Source: a virus
Virus record (IMG/VR): IMGVR_UViG_3300009964_000017
Reading direction: 5' to 3' (one strand)
Length of the DNA stretch: 38,790 bases
This document shows, one piece after another, positions 8,916-18,095 of this stretch (positions are counted from its first letter, which is position 1; each line of letters begins with the position of its first letter). The notes under the pieces are model-generated. The model saw nothing but the letters and a program-made list of their open reading frames with translations. It made no database searches and was not told where the DNA came from. The position numbers and the translations under genes are program-made.

Positions 8916-9533
8916 ATGACTGCTGTAACACCCATCATCGAGACTAGCGAACAGCTCGACCCCAAGACCTTCAACCTGCAGGATTGGCTGGTAGGTGGCG
9001 ACGCCCACCGAATTCACAAGGAAACCACCCTGGCATTGGATGCTGACGCTGCTGTCCGTATCAGCGAGCTAGAGGCTGAGCTAGACCGCGCTGAGGCGCG
9101 CCTCAATACCGCAAAGAGCGAACAGGCAGACCGCGACGAAAACAGCATGGAAAGCATCGCAGACAGCAGCGACAAAGCAATCCTGACCGAAGAAGAGAAC
9201 ATCAAGAAGATTTGGGGTCAGCTCGAAGAGCTGCAAGACACTACCCGCACAGCCCTTTTCCGCACTCGCACTCTGAGCGAGCATGAAAAGAAAGAAGTCA
9301 TGAATGCGTGGAAGGAAGAGAGCGGCGCGGACGAGGTAGACACTGAGGCGCTCAGCTTCTGGGCGATGGTTTTCGCTAAAACCGCGACCCTGGAAGGGCA
9401 GCATCTCACCTCTGCACAGTGGATGCAAGTTGCCGAGACAATCGGGATGCAGTTCTCACGCACGATCGCTGTCTATACTGCTGCGTTGAATGTGGAGGCG
9501 TCGTTCGAGGTGTCGCCCCGATTTCGTAGCTAA
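8916..9533 (+). CDS. Tail assembly chaperone, unshifted product
   Basis: 205 aa acidic protein between tail tube and tape measure, ending at TAA 9531-9533. Confidence 0.8.
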   Translation: MTAVTPIIETSEQLDPKTFNLQDWLVGGDAHRIHKETTLALDADAAVRISELEAELDRAEARLNTAKSEQADRDENSMESIADSSDKAILTEEENIKKIWGQLEELQDTTRTALFRTRTLSEHEKKEVMNAWKEESGADEVDTEALSFWAMVFAKTATLEGQHLTSAQWMQVAETIGMQFSRTIAVYTAALNVEASFEVSPRFRS

Positions 9534-9918
9534 ATGTTTAGAAGAAGCTGAGCATGCGCCCGTGCTGGTTGCGGTGAAAGCTGCGCTCCGTTGGGGGCAG
9601 CCGCCGGTAGGATTCGTCACTGGCACGGGCGCAACAGCCTGGACGAGCAGGGACAGTACGGTAGCTGTCGCCTACGAAATCTACCTATCCGAGCTATGCC
9701 CAGAATGTGGGCAGCCGAAAAGTGTGTGCCGTACTGGTGTGCTCGGTTTTGAAGCTAAGAAAGAAATTTGTGCGGCACGAGCCGCTGTAGACGAGATTAG
9801 GCAGGACGATAAATATAAGCCAGACCCTGGCGAGATTTTGCAGCCTGTCCCATATGATCCGAAAGACGACCCAGCCTACGCTGACATGGTGGCGTTTTTT
9901 GGGGATGACGAAGAATAA
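8916..9918 (+). CDS. Tail assembly chaperone, +1 frameshift fusion product (predicted 333 aa)
   Basis: The second ORF (frame +1, open from 9490 after TGA 9487-9489, to 9918) overlaps the first; in-frame slippery CCC_CGA at 9516-9521; no SD upstream of ATG 9490. Confidence 0.75.
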
Positions 9919-9933
9919 CAGAATAGGGGTTGT

Positions 9934-12900
9934 GTGCCTGTGGCTAAGTCAAACGAGCAGCAAGTAAAGATAGTTCTCAAGGCTGACGCGAAAGCGTTCA
10001 CCGCAGGCATGCAAGCCGCCTCTAAGGCTGCTAGGGAAGCCGCGAATGCTTCACAGTCGGCGATGAAGAGAGCCGCTGAGCAGAACGTTAAAGAGCAAAA
10101 AGCCGGTCTCAACAAGATGCGCGAAACCATGCGCGACACTACGAAGGATGCAAAGAACGTTGCAGATCAGGTAAGTAAGATTGGGCGTGCAGGCACTGAT
10201 GCTGGCCGCAATGCGAGAGCTGGCCTCCAAGGCATAGGCACTGGTGTTGCTAAAGATGCTAAAGCCGCGCAGTCGTCTATCGCGTCTATCGGTGATGGTG
10301 CGGCTGCGGCTGGGAAGAATATACAGTCAAGCCTACACAATAGTGTGAACGCCGCGACAAGCAATATTCGTAGCCAGGTGGCCGCGACCGGTGAAGCTGG
10401 GAAGATAGCAGGGGAAGGCATCGCTTCAGGTGTCCGAGCTGGCGCTAACAAGGCCGCTGATGCTGTCGCTGGTATCGGTGCTGGTGCCGCACAGGCGGGG
10501 AAAGCAACAGCTGAGGGCATCAAATCTGGGTTGTCTGAGGCTGCTGCCGCGACCTCGGCGCTCACCAGTGCGCAGAGGAAGCAGCACACGGAGGCTGTGG
10601 CTGCTATGGCTGCTGCATCCCAGCAGGCGGCGCAGCGCGCAGCTACCGCTAACCTGAATACTATTCGCGGGTCTTCGGCTGCTGTAGCGGCTGCTACCGC
10701 TGCAGGTGCCGCGCAGGCTGCCTCAGCTCAGATACGTTCACATGGTACGGTGGTTGAGGCTGTTGCAGCTGGTAACGCCGCTATGTCGCGTTCCACGCGC
10801 ACACTGACTGCTACACAGGTTGCCGCGTACTCTGCGGCAGCATCAGCTAGTGTGGCTGGCCTGAATCAGCGTTATAACGTGTTTACTGGTATGACTCGTG
10901 CCGAAACTGCAGCCTATAGGGCTTCTATTGCGGCGTCACGTGAGGCGGCTGGCTCTATCACAGGGATTATGCAGCGCGCCTCACAGTCAGCAGCAGTAGG
11001 GTGGCGTGACTATGCTTCTGCGGCGTCGTCCTCATTCAAATCTGTTGCCAGCGGCGCAGCAGACGCATTCAAATCATCCAGGCTCGGATCATCCATCATC
11101 TACAGTGACTTGGTGACCGGTGCACGCGCCGCAGCATCACAAACAGCTGACGCTATTAGGACACCTATAGCAGGCGCTTTCACGAGTGTTCGTGAACGCT
11201 CCACCAGCGCGGTATCGGGGCTTGCCTCAGATTTCAGGCAGGCTGGTACTGAGGCTAAAAACCTCGCCTCCAATATCCTGTCTAATAAAGACGCTTTGGA
11301 TAAGATCGCGTCCGGTGCAGGAATCACGGGTGCTGCCCTGCTTGCACCGTTCGCTCTGGCGGTGAAACAGTACGCAGATTTTGATGCTGCTATGGCTGGC
11401 GTCCAGGCTGCAACCCATGAAACTGCAGGGAATATGGAGAAGTTACGCACCGCCGCAATCAACGCAGGTGCCGACACCAAATATTCCGGTAAGGAAGCTG
11501 CACAGGGCATCGAAGAGTTGGCTAAGGCCGGTGTCGACACGACAGATATTCTCTCTGGTGGCCTCAACGGTGCACTATCGCTGGCCGCAGCAGGTAATAT
11601 CCAGGTTGGGGATGCTGCCGAGCTAGCAGCAACCGCAATGACACAGTTCAAGCTCAAAGGTGCTGACCTTGAGCATGTCGCCGACCTCCTAGCTGCTGGC
11701 GCAGGTAAAGCTCAAGGCTCTGTGGGCGACCTCGGGTACGCTCTCAAACAGTCAGGGTTGGTGGCGTCTCAAACAGGCCTCACCATTGAAGAAACGACCG
11801 GTACATTAGCCGCGTTCGCATCCGCTGGGCTTATCGGATCGGACGCCGGTACCTCATTCAAAGTGATGCTTCAGAAACTGCAGAACCCGTCTAAACAGGC
11901 TGCGGGATTGATGAAGGAATACGGCATTTCGCTGTATGACTCGACAGGAAAGTTCAAAGGCATCACAGCTGTTGCCGCAGATTTGAAACGTGGCCTGCAA
12001 GACCTCACACCGGCGCAGCGTGACGCAGCAATGGCAACCATTTTCGGTTCTGACGCTGTGCGTGCCGCATCCGTGCTCTACACTGCGGGCGGGGAAGGCA
12101 TACAAGAGTGGATCGACAAGACTAACGATGCTGGATATGCTGCCTCTACGGCTGCGATTCAGCAGAATAACCTTGCCGGCGATATTGAGAAACTCGGCGG
12201 CGCTATCGACTCTGCCGTACTCAAATCCTCTGGCGGTATCAACGAGGTTCTGCGTGGAATAACACAGTTCGTTACCGGTATCGTCGATTTCATCGGCAAA
12301 CTGCCTGCCCCGTTCCTCGCTGTGAACCTTGCAGTCGTCGGTTTGACGGGTGTCGTTCTGCTGACTGTTGCAGCCGCGGCTAAAATGATTTCAGCGTACC
12401 AGACGGTGAAGGGTACGCTGGCGTCGTATTCGGCTGCTGCCCGTGGCGCTACAGCTGCTACAGAAGGGTTAGCAGCTTCATCGTCTACGGCTGCGGCTGG
12501 TGGTTCCAAGCTCGGCGGCTTTGTCTCTAGCTTCGCTAAAATCGCGGGGACAGCGGCACTAGCTGCCGAAGGGGTCACGCTCTTTATCAGTGCGTTCAAC
12601 ACCGATTTTAAGGCACCGTCCGTCGATAAGATGAACAGCGCGTTGAAAACGACCGGCGGCAACCTGGATGCTGTGAACCAGCAGTTTAAAGACATGGGCG
12701 GTAAAGCTACCTGGGCTTTCCTCGGCATGGAAGACCAGGTGCCAAAGGTAAATGGCCTGGGCGAGGCTCTCGTTAAGTTGAAATCTGATGCAGGCGACGC
12801 AATGGAAGGTTTCAGCCAGTGGGTATCTCACACAGCCGGGGCTAAAGTCGGTGCAGACGCGTTCAAAGAGGCCGTGAACAACCTGGACGATTCGTTATCC

Positions 12901-14466
12901 CAGCTGTATGGGCAGAATCAGGATGATGCGGTAGCGTTTTTCCAGTCGATTGTCCGTGAAACGGACGCCGCCTCTGACGCACAGGGTAAAGCTCGCTACA
13001 GTGCAGAAGAATACATGAAAGCGTTCCCGAAGCTGAAAGAAGCTGTTGAGGGTTACGCTGCGTCCATGAATGTTAGCCTCTCGGAGGATGAAAAATATCA
13101 GGCGATGCTTGGTAATTATCCGCCGAAACTCGAAGAGGCGCGCCGTAAACAGGAAGAGCTGAAACATGCTCTTGAAGTTCAAAAGAACGCTCTAGAAGAA
13201 GGCGCGGACGGCATGTCTGGGCTATCCGGTGAAGCTAAAGAAATGGCTAACTGGGTTGGTGCAGCAGGTTCAGCTGTTGAAGACCTAGACAAGAACCTAA
13301 AGGTTTTAGGTAGTGGTTTCGCGTCTTCCACTAAGCAAATGGCTGACTACTATAAGAGTATGGATGATCTGGCGGACGCGATAAAGAAGAATAACGCCGC
13401 CTACGATAGCACATCTAAAACTTTCGACCAGACTACCAAAGCTGGGCAGAAGCTAAACGCAGCGTTCGCTAGCATGGCGCAGGAAGGTGTTCAGGCTGCG
13501 GCAGCTGTTGGTAGGCAGGGAGGAAGCTACGAGGACGTGAAGAATCACATTCACGGTGTGATTGACACGCTCCGTCAGTCTGCTATTCAGATGGGTCTCA
13601 CCAGCGACCAGGCAGACGAGCTTGTTAGGTCTATCTATGGTATCCCAAAGAACATTTCGATTGAGACGTGGGCTGATACTACAGCATCTCGTGTTATTAC
13701 GTCGCTGACTCAGGACGCAGAGCGTGTCCCGGGTGAGATTACGATTGGTACACAGGTGTTTGGTGTGGATCATGCTACCGGCCAGTTGAAATATTTGCGT
13801 GAGGTCGGGGACGCTGCCGACAAGGATATTGACATCAACGCGAAAGCTCATACTGGGCAAGCTAATAACGCCCTGTTCGACATGATTAATAATACCTTCA
13901 AGGTTCCTCGGCGTACTGATACGACCGCTGTCGCAAGAACGGGGCAGGCTAACGCTAACGTGAATGCCTACCGGTCGAATCTGGCTCAGATTCCGCGCAC
14001 AAAAACAACACAGCTGCGTGTTGTGAGTGATACATTCGATGCTCCTGCTGGGAGAAGCTCGTTTAAATGGCGTGCACCTCGTGCACGTGGCGGCATGGTG
14101 CCAGGTTACGCGACCGGTGGTGTCATCCCAGGGCGCGCACCGCTATCACCTTGGGCTGATAACATCCCAGCTGTCACTAACCAGGGGATGCAGCTCATGG
14201 TGCGCTCAGGAGAATTTATCGTGAACGAGCAGGCGACCAGGCGCAACCGGTCGCTGCTAGAACAAATCAACGCAGGATACACGGTGCGCGGGTACGCAAC
14301 GGGCGGGTATGTTCAAGGTGCACGCTCCTACACTGCACCTGATGCGCCTGTAAACGTTGGTGAACAGGTAGCAGAGGCTATCCGTTCCTGGCAGCCCGTC
14401 GTCAGGATAGGCGATAGGGATTTCTACGGTCTTATGCGTGAATCAACTATCCGAAACAACCGATAA
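9934..14466 (+). CDS. Tape measure protein
   Basis: 1510 aa, longest ORF; Ala-rich coiled-coil N-terminus, TP901-type core FDAAMAGVQAATHETAGNMEKLRTAAINAGADTKYSGKEAAQGIEELAKAG; GTG start at 9934 (or 9940). Confidence 0.96.
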   Translation: MPVAKSNEQQVKIVLKADAKAFTAGMQAASKAAREAANASQSAMKRAAEQNVKEQKAGLNKMRETMRDTTKDAKNVADQVSKIGRAGTDAGRNARAGLQGIGTGVAKDAKAAQSSIASIGDGAAAAGKNIQSSLHNSVNAATSNIRSQVAATGEAGKIAGEGIASGVRAGANKAADAVAGIGAGAAQAGKATAEGIKSGLSEAAAATSALTSAQRKQHTEAVAAMAAASQQAAQRAATANLNTIRGSSAAVAAATAAGAAQAASAQIRSHGTVVEAVAAGNAAMSRSTRTLTATQVAAYSAAASASVAGLNQRYNVFTGMTRAETAAYRASIAASREAAGSITGIMQRASQSAAVGWRDYASAASSSFKSVASGAADAFKSSRLGSSIIYSDLVTGARAAASQTADAIRTPIAGAFTSVRERSTSAVSGLASDFRQAGTEAKNLASNILSNKDALDKIASGAGITGAALLAPFALAVKQYADFDAAMAGVQAATHETAGNMEKLRTAAINAGADTKYSGKEAAQGIEELAKAGVDTTDILSGGLNGALSLAAAGNIQVGDAAELAATAMTQFKLKGADLEHVADLLAAGAGKAQGSVGDLGYALKQSGLVASQTGLTIEETTGTLAAFASAGLIGSDAGTSFKVMLQKLQNPSKQAAGLMKEYGISLYDSTGKFKGITAVAADLKRGLQDLTPAQRDAAMATIFGSDAVRAASVLYTAGGEGIQEWIDKTNDAGYAASTAAIQQNNLAGDIEKLGGAIDSAVLKSSGGINEVLRGITQFVTGIVDFIGKLPAPFLAVNLAVVGLTGVVLLTVAAAAKMISAYQTVKGTLASYSAAARGATAATEGLAASSSTAAAGGSKLGGFVSSFAKIAGTAALAAEGVTLFISAFNTDFKAPSVDKMNSALKTTGGNLDAVNQQFKDMGGKATWAFLGMEDQVPKVNGLGEALVKLKSDAGDAMEGFSQWVSHTAGAKVGADAFKEAVNNLDDSLSQLYGQNQDDAVAFFQSIVRETDAASDAQGKARYSAEEYMKAFPKLKEAVEGYAASMNVSLSEDEKYQAMLGNYPPKLEEARRKQEELKHALEVQKNALEEGADGMSGLSGEAKEMANWVGAAGSAVEDLDKNLKVLGSGFASSTKQMADYYKSMDDLADAIKKNNAAYDSTSKTFDQTTKAGQKLNAAFASMAQEGVQAAAAVGRQGGSYEDVKNHIHGVIDTLRQSAIQMGLTSDQADELVRSIYGIPKNISIETWADTTASRVITSLTQDAERVPGEITIGTQVFGVDHATGQLKYLREVGDAADKDIDINAKAHTGQANNALFDMINNTFKVPRRTDTTAVARTGQANANVNAYRSNLAQIPRTKTTQLRVVSDTFDAPAGRSSFKWRAPRARGGMVPGYATGGVIPGRAPLSPWADNIPAVTNQGMQLMVRSGEFIVNEQATRRNRSLLEQINAGYTVRGYATGGYVQGARSYTAPDAPVNVGEQVAEAIRSWQPVVRIGDRDFYGLMRESTIRNNR

Positions 14467-14487
14467 AAAACATGGAGGTCACACACA

Positions 14488-15330
14488 ATGGCTAAATACA
14501 ATATGTGGATCGGAACACGAGGAATGATGATGCCAGTCAAAGGCGGCACCTCAGAATCCGCGCAAACCGAAATGAGTAACCGCGTCATCGTGACCTCTAA
14601 AACTGGGGCGCGGCGTGTCAACTGGTTTGGCACGCCGCACGCCCTAGAATCGCAAGACTATAGCTTCATGGTCTCTGGTGAAGAATATTCCAGGCTCTCA
14701 AGAATCCTCGCAGCAGGGATTTACCGGAGAGGACAAACAACAGCATACGACCCTATATGCATAATCCCTGGCGGTGCTGAACGAGAAAACCTGCTACCTA
14801 ACTATGCGGCCTCCGGTCTCGGCGGCATCAATGAGCAGCAGCTAGCAGTTGCTGGCGAAAAAGACCAGGACGGGTACCCTCTGCATATTATGCATCAAAC
14901 TATCGGGGACGGTTGGAAGGACGCCACACCGATTATCCCGTACCCCTTCATGGATAGGGAATTTGTGTATGGTGCAGCGTTGAAAAGCAAATCAAAGCTG
15001 AAAATCCTCATGTATGGCAGCGGAAGCAAAACATATTATGGGGAGATAGAAAACACGAGCAATAAAACAATGTTTGTTAAATCGCTTATCGCCAATGCTG
15101 GGCTTGGCGTAAACAGTTTCAAACTGCAGGTGCAAGGGACATGGGGGTACCCGTATGTTCGGGCGTATGAAAAACGCCCAGGAGTGAGTTACTGGCTGCC
15201 AGGTAGGGTTATTCTGCGCTCAGCTGTTGAATCGTTCGAGCGAGTAGCTTTGAGAACATCTCCCGGTATGGACCCCATGTATAAGGTGAACGCAAAGATT
15301 ATAGAGATAGGAAACCGCACGAATGGATAA
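14488..15330 (+). CDS. Distal tail / minor tail protein (Dit-like position)
   Basis: 280 aa, immediately after the tape measure; overlaps the next gene by 8 nt. Confidence 0.65.
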   Translation: MAKYNMWIGTRGMMMPVKGGTSESAQTEMSNRVIVTSKTGARRVNWFGTPHALESQDYSFMVSGEEYSRLSRILAAGIYRRGQTTAYDPICIIPGGAERENLLPNYAASGLGGINEQQLAVAGEKDQDGYPLHIMHQTIGDGWKDATPIIPYPFMDREFVYGAALKSKSKLKILMYGSGSKTYYGEIENTSNKTMFVKSLIANAGLGVNSFKLQVQGTWGYPYVRAYEKRPGVSYWLPGRVILRSAVESFERVALRTSPGMDPMYKVNAKIIEIGNRTNG

Positions 15331-17590
15331 TTTTGTTCTTCCACAAAAGTTTGAGTCACCAATCACGACTGCTGCACGTGGTGAAGTAATCTCGTCCGCG
15401 CAGATCACGATTGACGGGAAAGATTACGGGATGCAGCAGGTAGAGGTTTCTTCTGGTTGTTCGTCTGAGCTTCCAGGCCGTTTAGGTGTGGCGCAAAGTT
15501 TTAGCCAGGGTGTAGGTACTATCACGTGGGATATGCCGCAGGATTCCTCCGTAAATTTTGTGACTATGCTGTGTGGAAAACCTGGTGCGGAGGATGCGTT
15601 CACGATTCCTCCGGTTGGGGCGTCTGTGTCTATTCAGATGGGGCGCTCACCATCTCTTGAGGGTCAAGCTCTGAAAAAAGTCTTGACAGGTCGTGTAGAT
15701 TCGCATGAGATTGACCCGCAGACAGGTGGTCTAATCACTAAAATTGTGGACGAATGGGACAGGTTTTCAGAAACAGTTCGTGTGCTGGCGAATACTGCGT
15801 GGATGCCGAATGATCCTGATAGTGATGGGCCGCCGTTTCCTTGTGCAGCATCTATTGCTGCTTATGTGTGGAATATTCTTGAGCAGTGTGGGTATTCACC
15901 TGCTGCACGGTCGAAATTGCCTATTGGGTCAGACACGGCGACTCTGGTTTATGCTCCTTTGCAGGGAAGCGCGTTAGTGAACGAGAAGCGCGGCCACGGG
16001 ATTCTGGTTGATGTGAATGGGGGCACTAGTTGGCGTGAGAATCAGGGCACACCAACTTTTGTCTACTACAATTCTGGCCTGCTGTTTTTCCAGAAAGGCT
16101 TTATCACCTATGAGACGAATCCGAATACTATTGATAACTATTACGATTCTGCGACGAAAGATTTTTTTGTTCGCGGGCAGATAGGGCCAGGCCATAACGG
16201 TGTTGTCAATATCAACATTTACTCTGTGAAGGATAACCGGAGAGTTTCGGTGCCGATCAGGATAGAGGCAGACGGTACTTTGCATGCTGGTAGGGTTGAG
16301 AAAGCTGGGAAAGTCCCTAAGAATGGGCGTTTTGAGGTCAAAATCAGTACTCAGCGCTGGGAAGCTAATTTCTCTGATGGTACACAAGCGTATGGGAAAT
16401 TTGATGTTGCCCCAGAGGTTAATAGCAAGGTTTATGCTATAGAGATTGTGGGGCACTCTGGTAAACCAGAACTGGCAGATGTGCATGTTTTTGGGCGTGA
16501 CCTCCCGTTTGTTGATAGGAGACAGGCGTTTGTTGCTATCCCATCCGAAGCTATAGCAACAGGGTTTGTGAAATCATGTCGTGATAGAGTAGCCCGTGAC
16601 GCCCTGGAAGAAATTGGGCAGGCGTTTGGTATGCCTATGTGGATTGATGGTGAGGGACGTTTTCATTTCCGTGCCCTAACCCAGCTAGATAAAGAAGGCA
16701 TCGCGTACTCTATCCCGAAAGATGAAATAGTCGATTACAACCTGAAACTTGACTTGTTGAGGTGTGCTAGCAAAATATCTGTGCGCTATATTGTTCCCGC
16801 CTACAATGATTTGCCTGCACACGGTAATGAAACGTATGTCAAGGTTTATGAGGGCACAAATGCTCAGGTGAAACCTGGGGAGAAGCAGACAGAAATATTT
16901 TCTATTCCAGATACTGAGGAATGGTTCGGGATCGACAAACAGCCTGCAGACTATGATTTCATTCAAATGTGGGGGGCACCTTGGAAGGATATTCCTAGCG
17001 GTGAGGCCTGGCGTGTCAGTAATATGAATAAGATTATTGGTAAGGCATATAGCCGTTCTGTTGATTATACGATTGACCCTGCCGTAGGGTACCCGGGGTA
17101 TTGGACTCGCCCAGTTATCCGAGATATAACGCCCTGGGTATTCGAGATGACCTCTGACTACTCACAGTACAGAGGAAATGTTCTAGAGCGCCGTTTCCCT
17201 ACACAGCGTGAGCTTACCATCTTTGAAGATATGTCTGGGTGGCGTATGCCTCTCATCCGTGCAGCACGCAAGGTCGAATACGGCAATAATTCATCCACGG
17301 TTACTGTAGAAGTTGGTAAAAATGGTGCCCCTGTTTTTGAACACAACATGGGTGTGTGGGGTGAAAGTAGGGAAAAGGCAGAACGTATCGGCAATTCGTT
17401 TAAAAAATATCTGCAGAACACGGTGTGGTGTGATCGTTTAACGGTAATGTTCAACCCTGCCTATGAGATTGGTAAAAAGGTTAGAGTTGAGCTGCCGGAG
17501 GGTGGCACCTTCACGATGATGATTCTAGGTGTTGAACAAAGACCAGCTGACGGTGTAACAACATTGACGACTAGGGTTATCCCATCATAG
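15323..17590 (+). CDS. Tail-associated / minor tail protein (Tal/hub-like)
   Basis: 755 aa after the Dit-like protein; baseplate hub-like content. Confidence 0.65.
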   Translation: MDNFVLPQKFESPITTAARGEVISSAQITIDGKDYGMQQVEVSSGCSSELPGRLGVAQSFSQGVGTITWDMPQDSSVNFVTMLCGKPGAEDAFTIPPVGASVSIQMGRSPSLEGQALKKVLTGRVDSHEIDPQTGGLITKIVDEWDRFSETVRVLANTAWMPNDPDSDGPPFPCAASIAAYVWNILEQCGYSPAARSKLPIGSDTATLVYAPLQGSALVNEKRGHGILVDVNGGTSWRENQGTPTFVYYNSGLLFFQKGFITYETNPNTIDNYYDSATKDFFVRGQIGPGHNGVVNINIYSVKDNRRVSVPIRIEADGTLHAGRVEKAGKVPKNGRFEVKISTQRWEANFSDGTQAYGKFDVAPEVNSKVYAIEIVGHSGKPELADVHVFGRDLPFVDRRQAFVAIPSEAIATGFVKSCRDRVARDALEEIGQAFGMPMWIDGEGRFHFRALTQLDKEGIAYSIPKDEIVDYNLKLDLLRCASKISVRYIVPAYNDLPAHGNETYVKVYEGTNAQVKPGEKQTEIFSIPDTEEWFGIDKQPADYDFIQMWGAPWKDIPSGEAWRVSNMNKIIGKAYSRSVDYTIDPAVGYPGYWTRPVIRDITPWVFEMTSDYSQYRGNVLERRFPTQRELTIFEDMSGWRMPLIRAARKVEYGNNSSTVTVEVGKNGAPVFEHNMGVWGESREKAERIGNSFKKYLQNTVWCDRLTVMFNPAYEIGKKVRVELPEGGTFTMMILGVEQRPADGVTTLTTRVIPS

Positions 17591-17605
17591 AAAGGAAGCA
17601 TAATT

Positions 17606-18073
17606 ATGGGTTATGCGACTGTTGAGGGGCGGTTCCTCGCTCCTGCAGCCCCAGTAGGGGGCAACCCTACGCCTATGCAAGGTAGGGTGATTTTCCGCCC
17701 AGAAATGCGGGAAGCCGCAAACGGGTACACCCACCTGCCTGCTGAGGTAGAAGCAACGTTAGAGAACGGGTACCTGTCATATGGTGGTTCCCGTGGCGTG
17801 CGGCTCATGACACCTGACGATTCTACGGTGCCTACCTGGTGGGAGTGGGTAGCTATCCTATACCTGCACACGGGTGGGGACATTGTTCGGCATGAGCCGG
17901 TTAGGTTTAGTCTGAAATCTGGTGAAACGGTTGATTTCGCGCAGATTGTGGCGCGCGGATATGAGCCTCCGAGGCAGCCAGTGCCGCGACCTGCTGACGA
18001 TGGTTCGCCGATCCGCCTACATGTGACTGTTGGTGCGGACGGAACGGGCGCTATCACTACTCACACCGAATAA
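17606..18073 (+). CDS. Minor tail protein of unknown function
   Basis: 155 aa in tail-tip cluster; MGYATVEGRFLAPAAPVGGNPTPMQGRVIFRPEM... Confidence 0.55.
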   Translation: MGYATVEGRFLAPAAPVGGNPTPMQGRVIFRPEMREAANGYTHLPAEVEATLENGYLSYGGSRGVRLMTPDDSTVPTWWEWVAILYLHTGGDIVRHEPVRFSLKSGETVDFAQIVARGYEPPRQPVPRPADDGSPIRLHVTVGADGTGAITTHTE

Positions 18074-18095
18074 CCAAAAAGGAAAGAGCTGTATT

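Noticed and set aside
10000-10900. Repetitive GCT/GCA/GCC-rich sequence in the tape measure gene, considered as a DNA repeat element
   Set aside because: Explained by the alanine-rich coiled-coil protein; no exact tandem unit.
11100-12728. Several minus-strand ORFs opposite the tape measure gene
   Set aside because: Ala/Ser-rich antisense shadows of repetitive tape-measure coding sequence.
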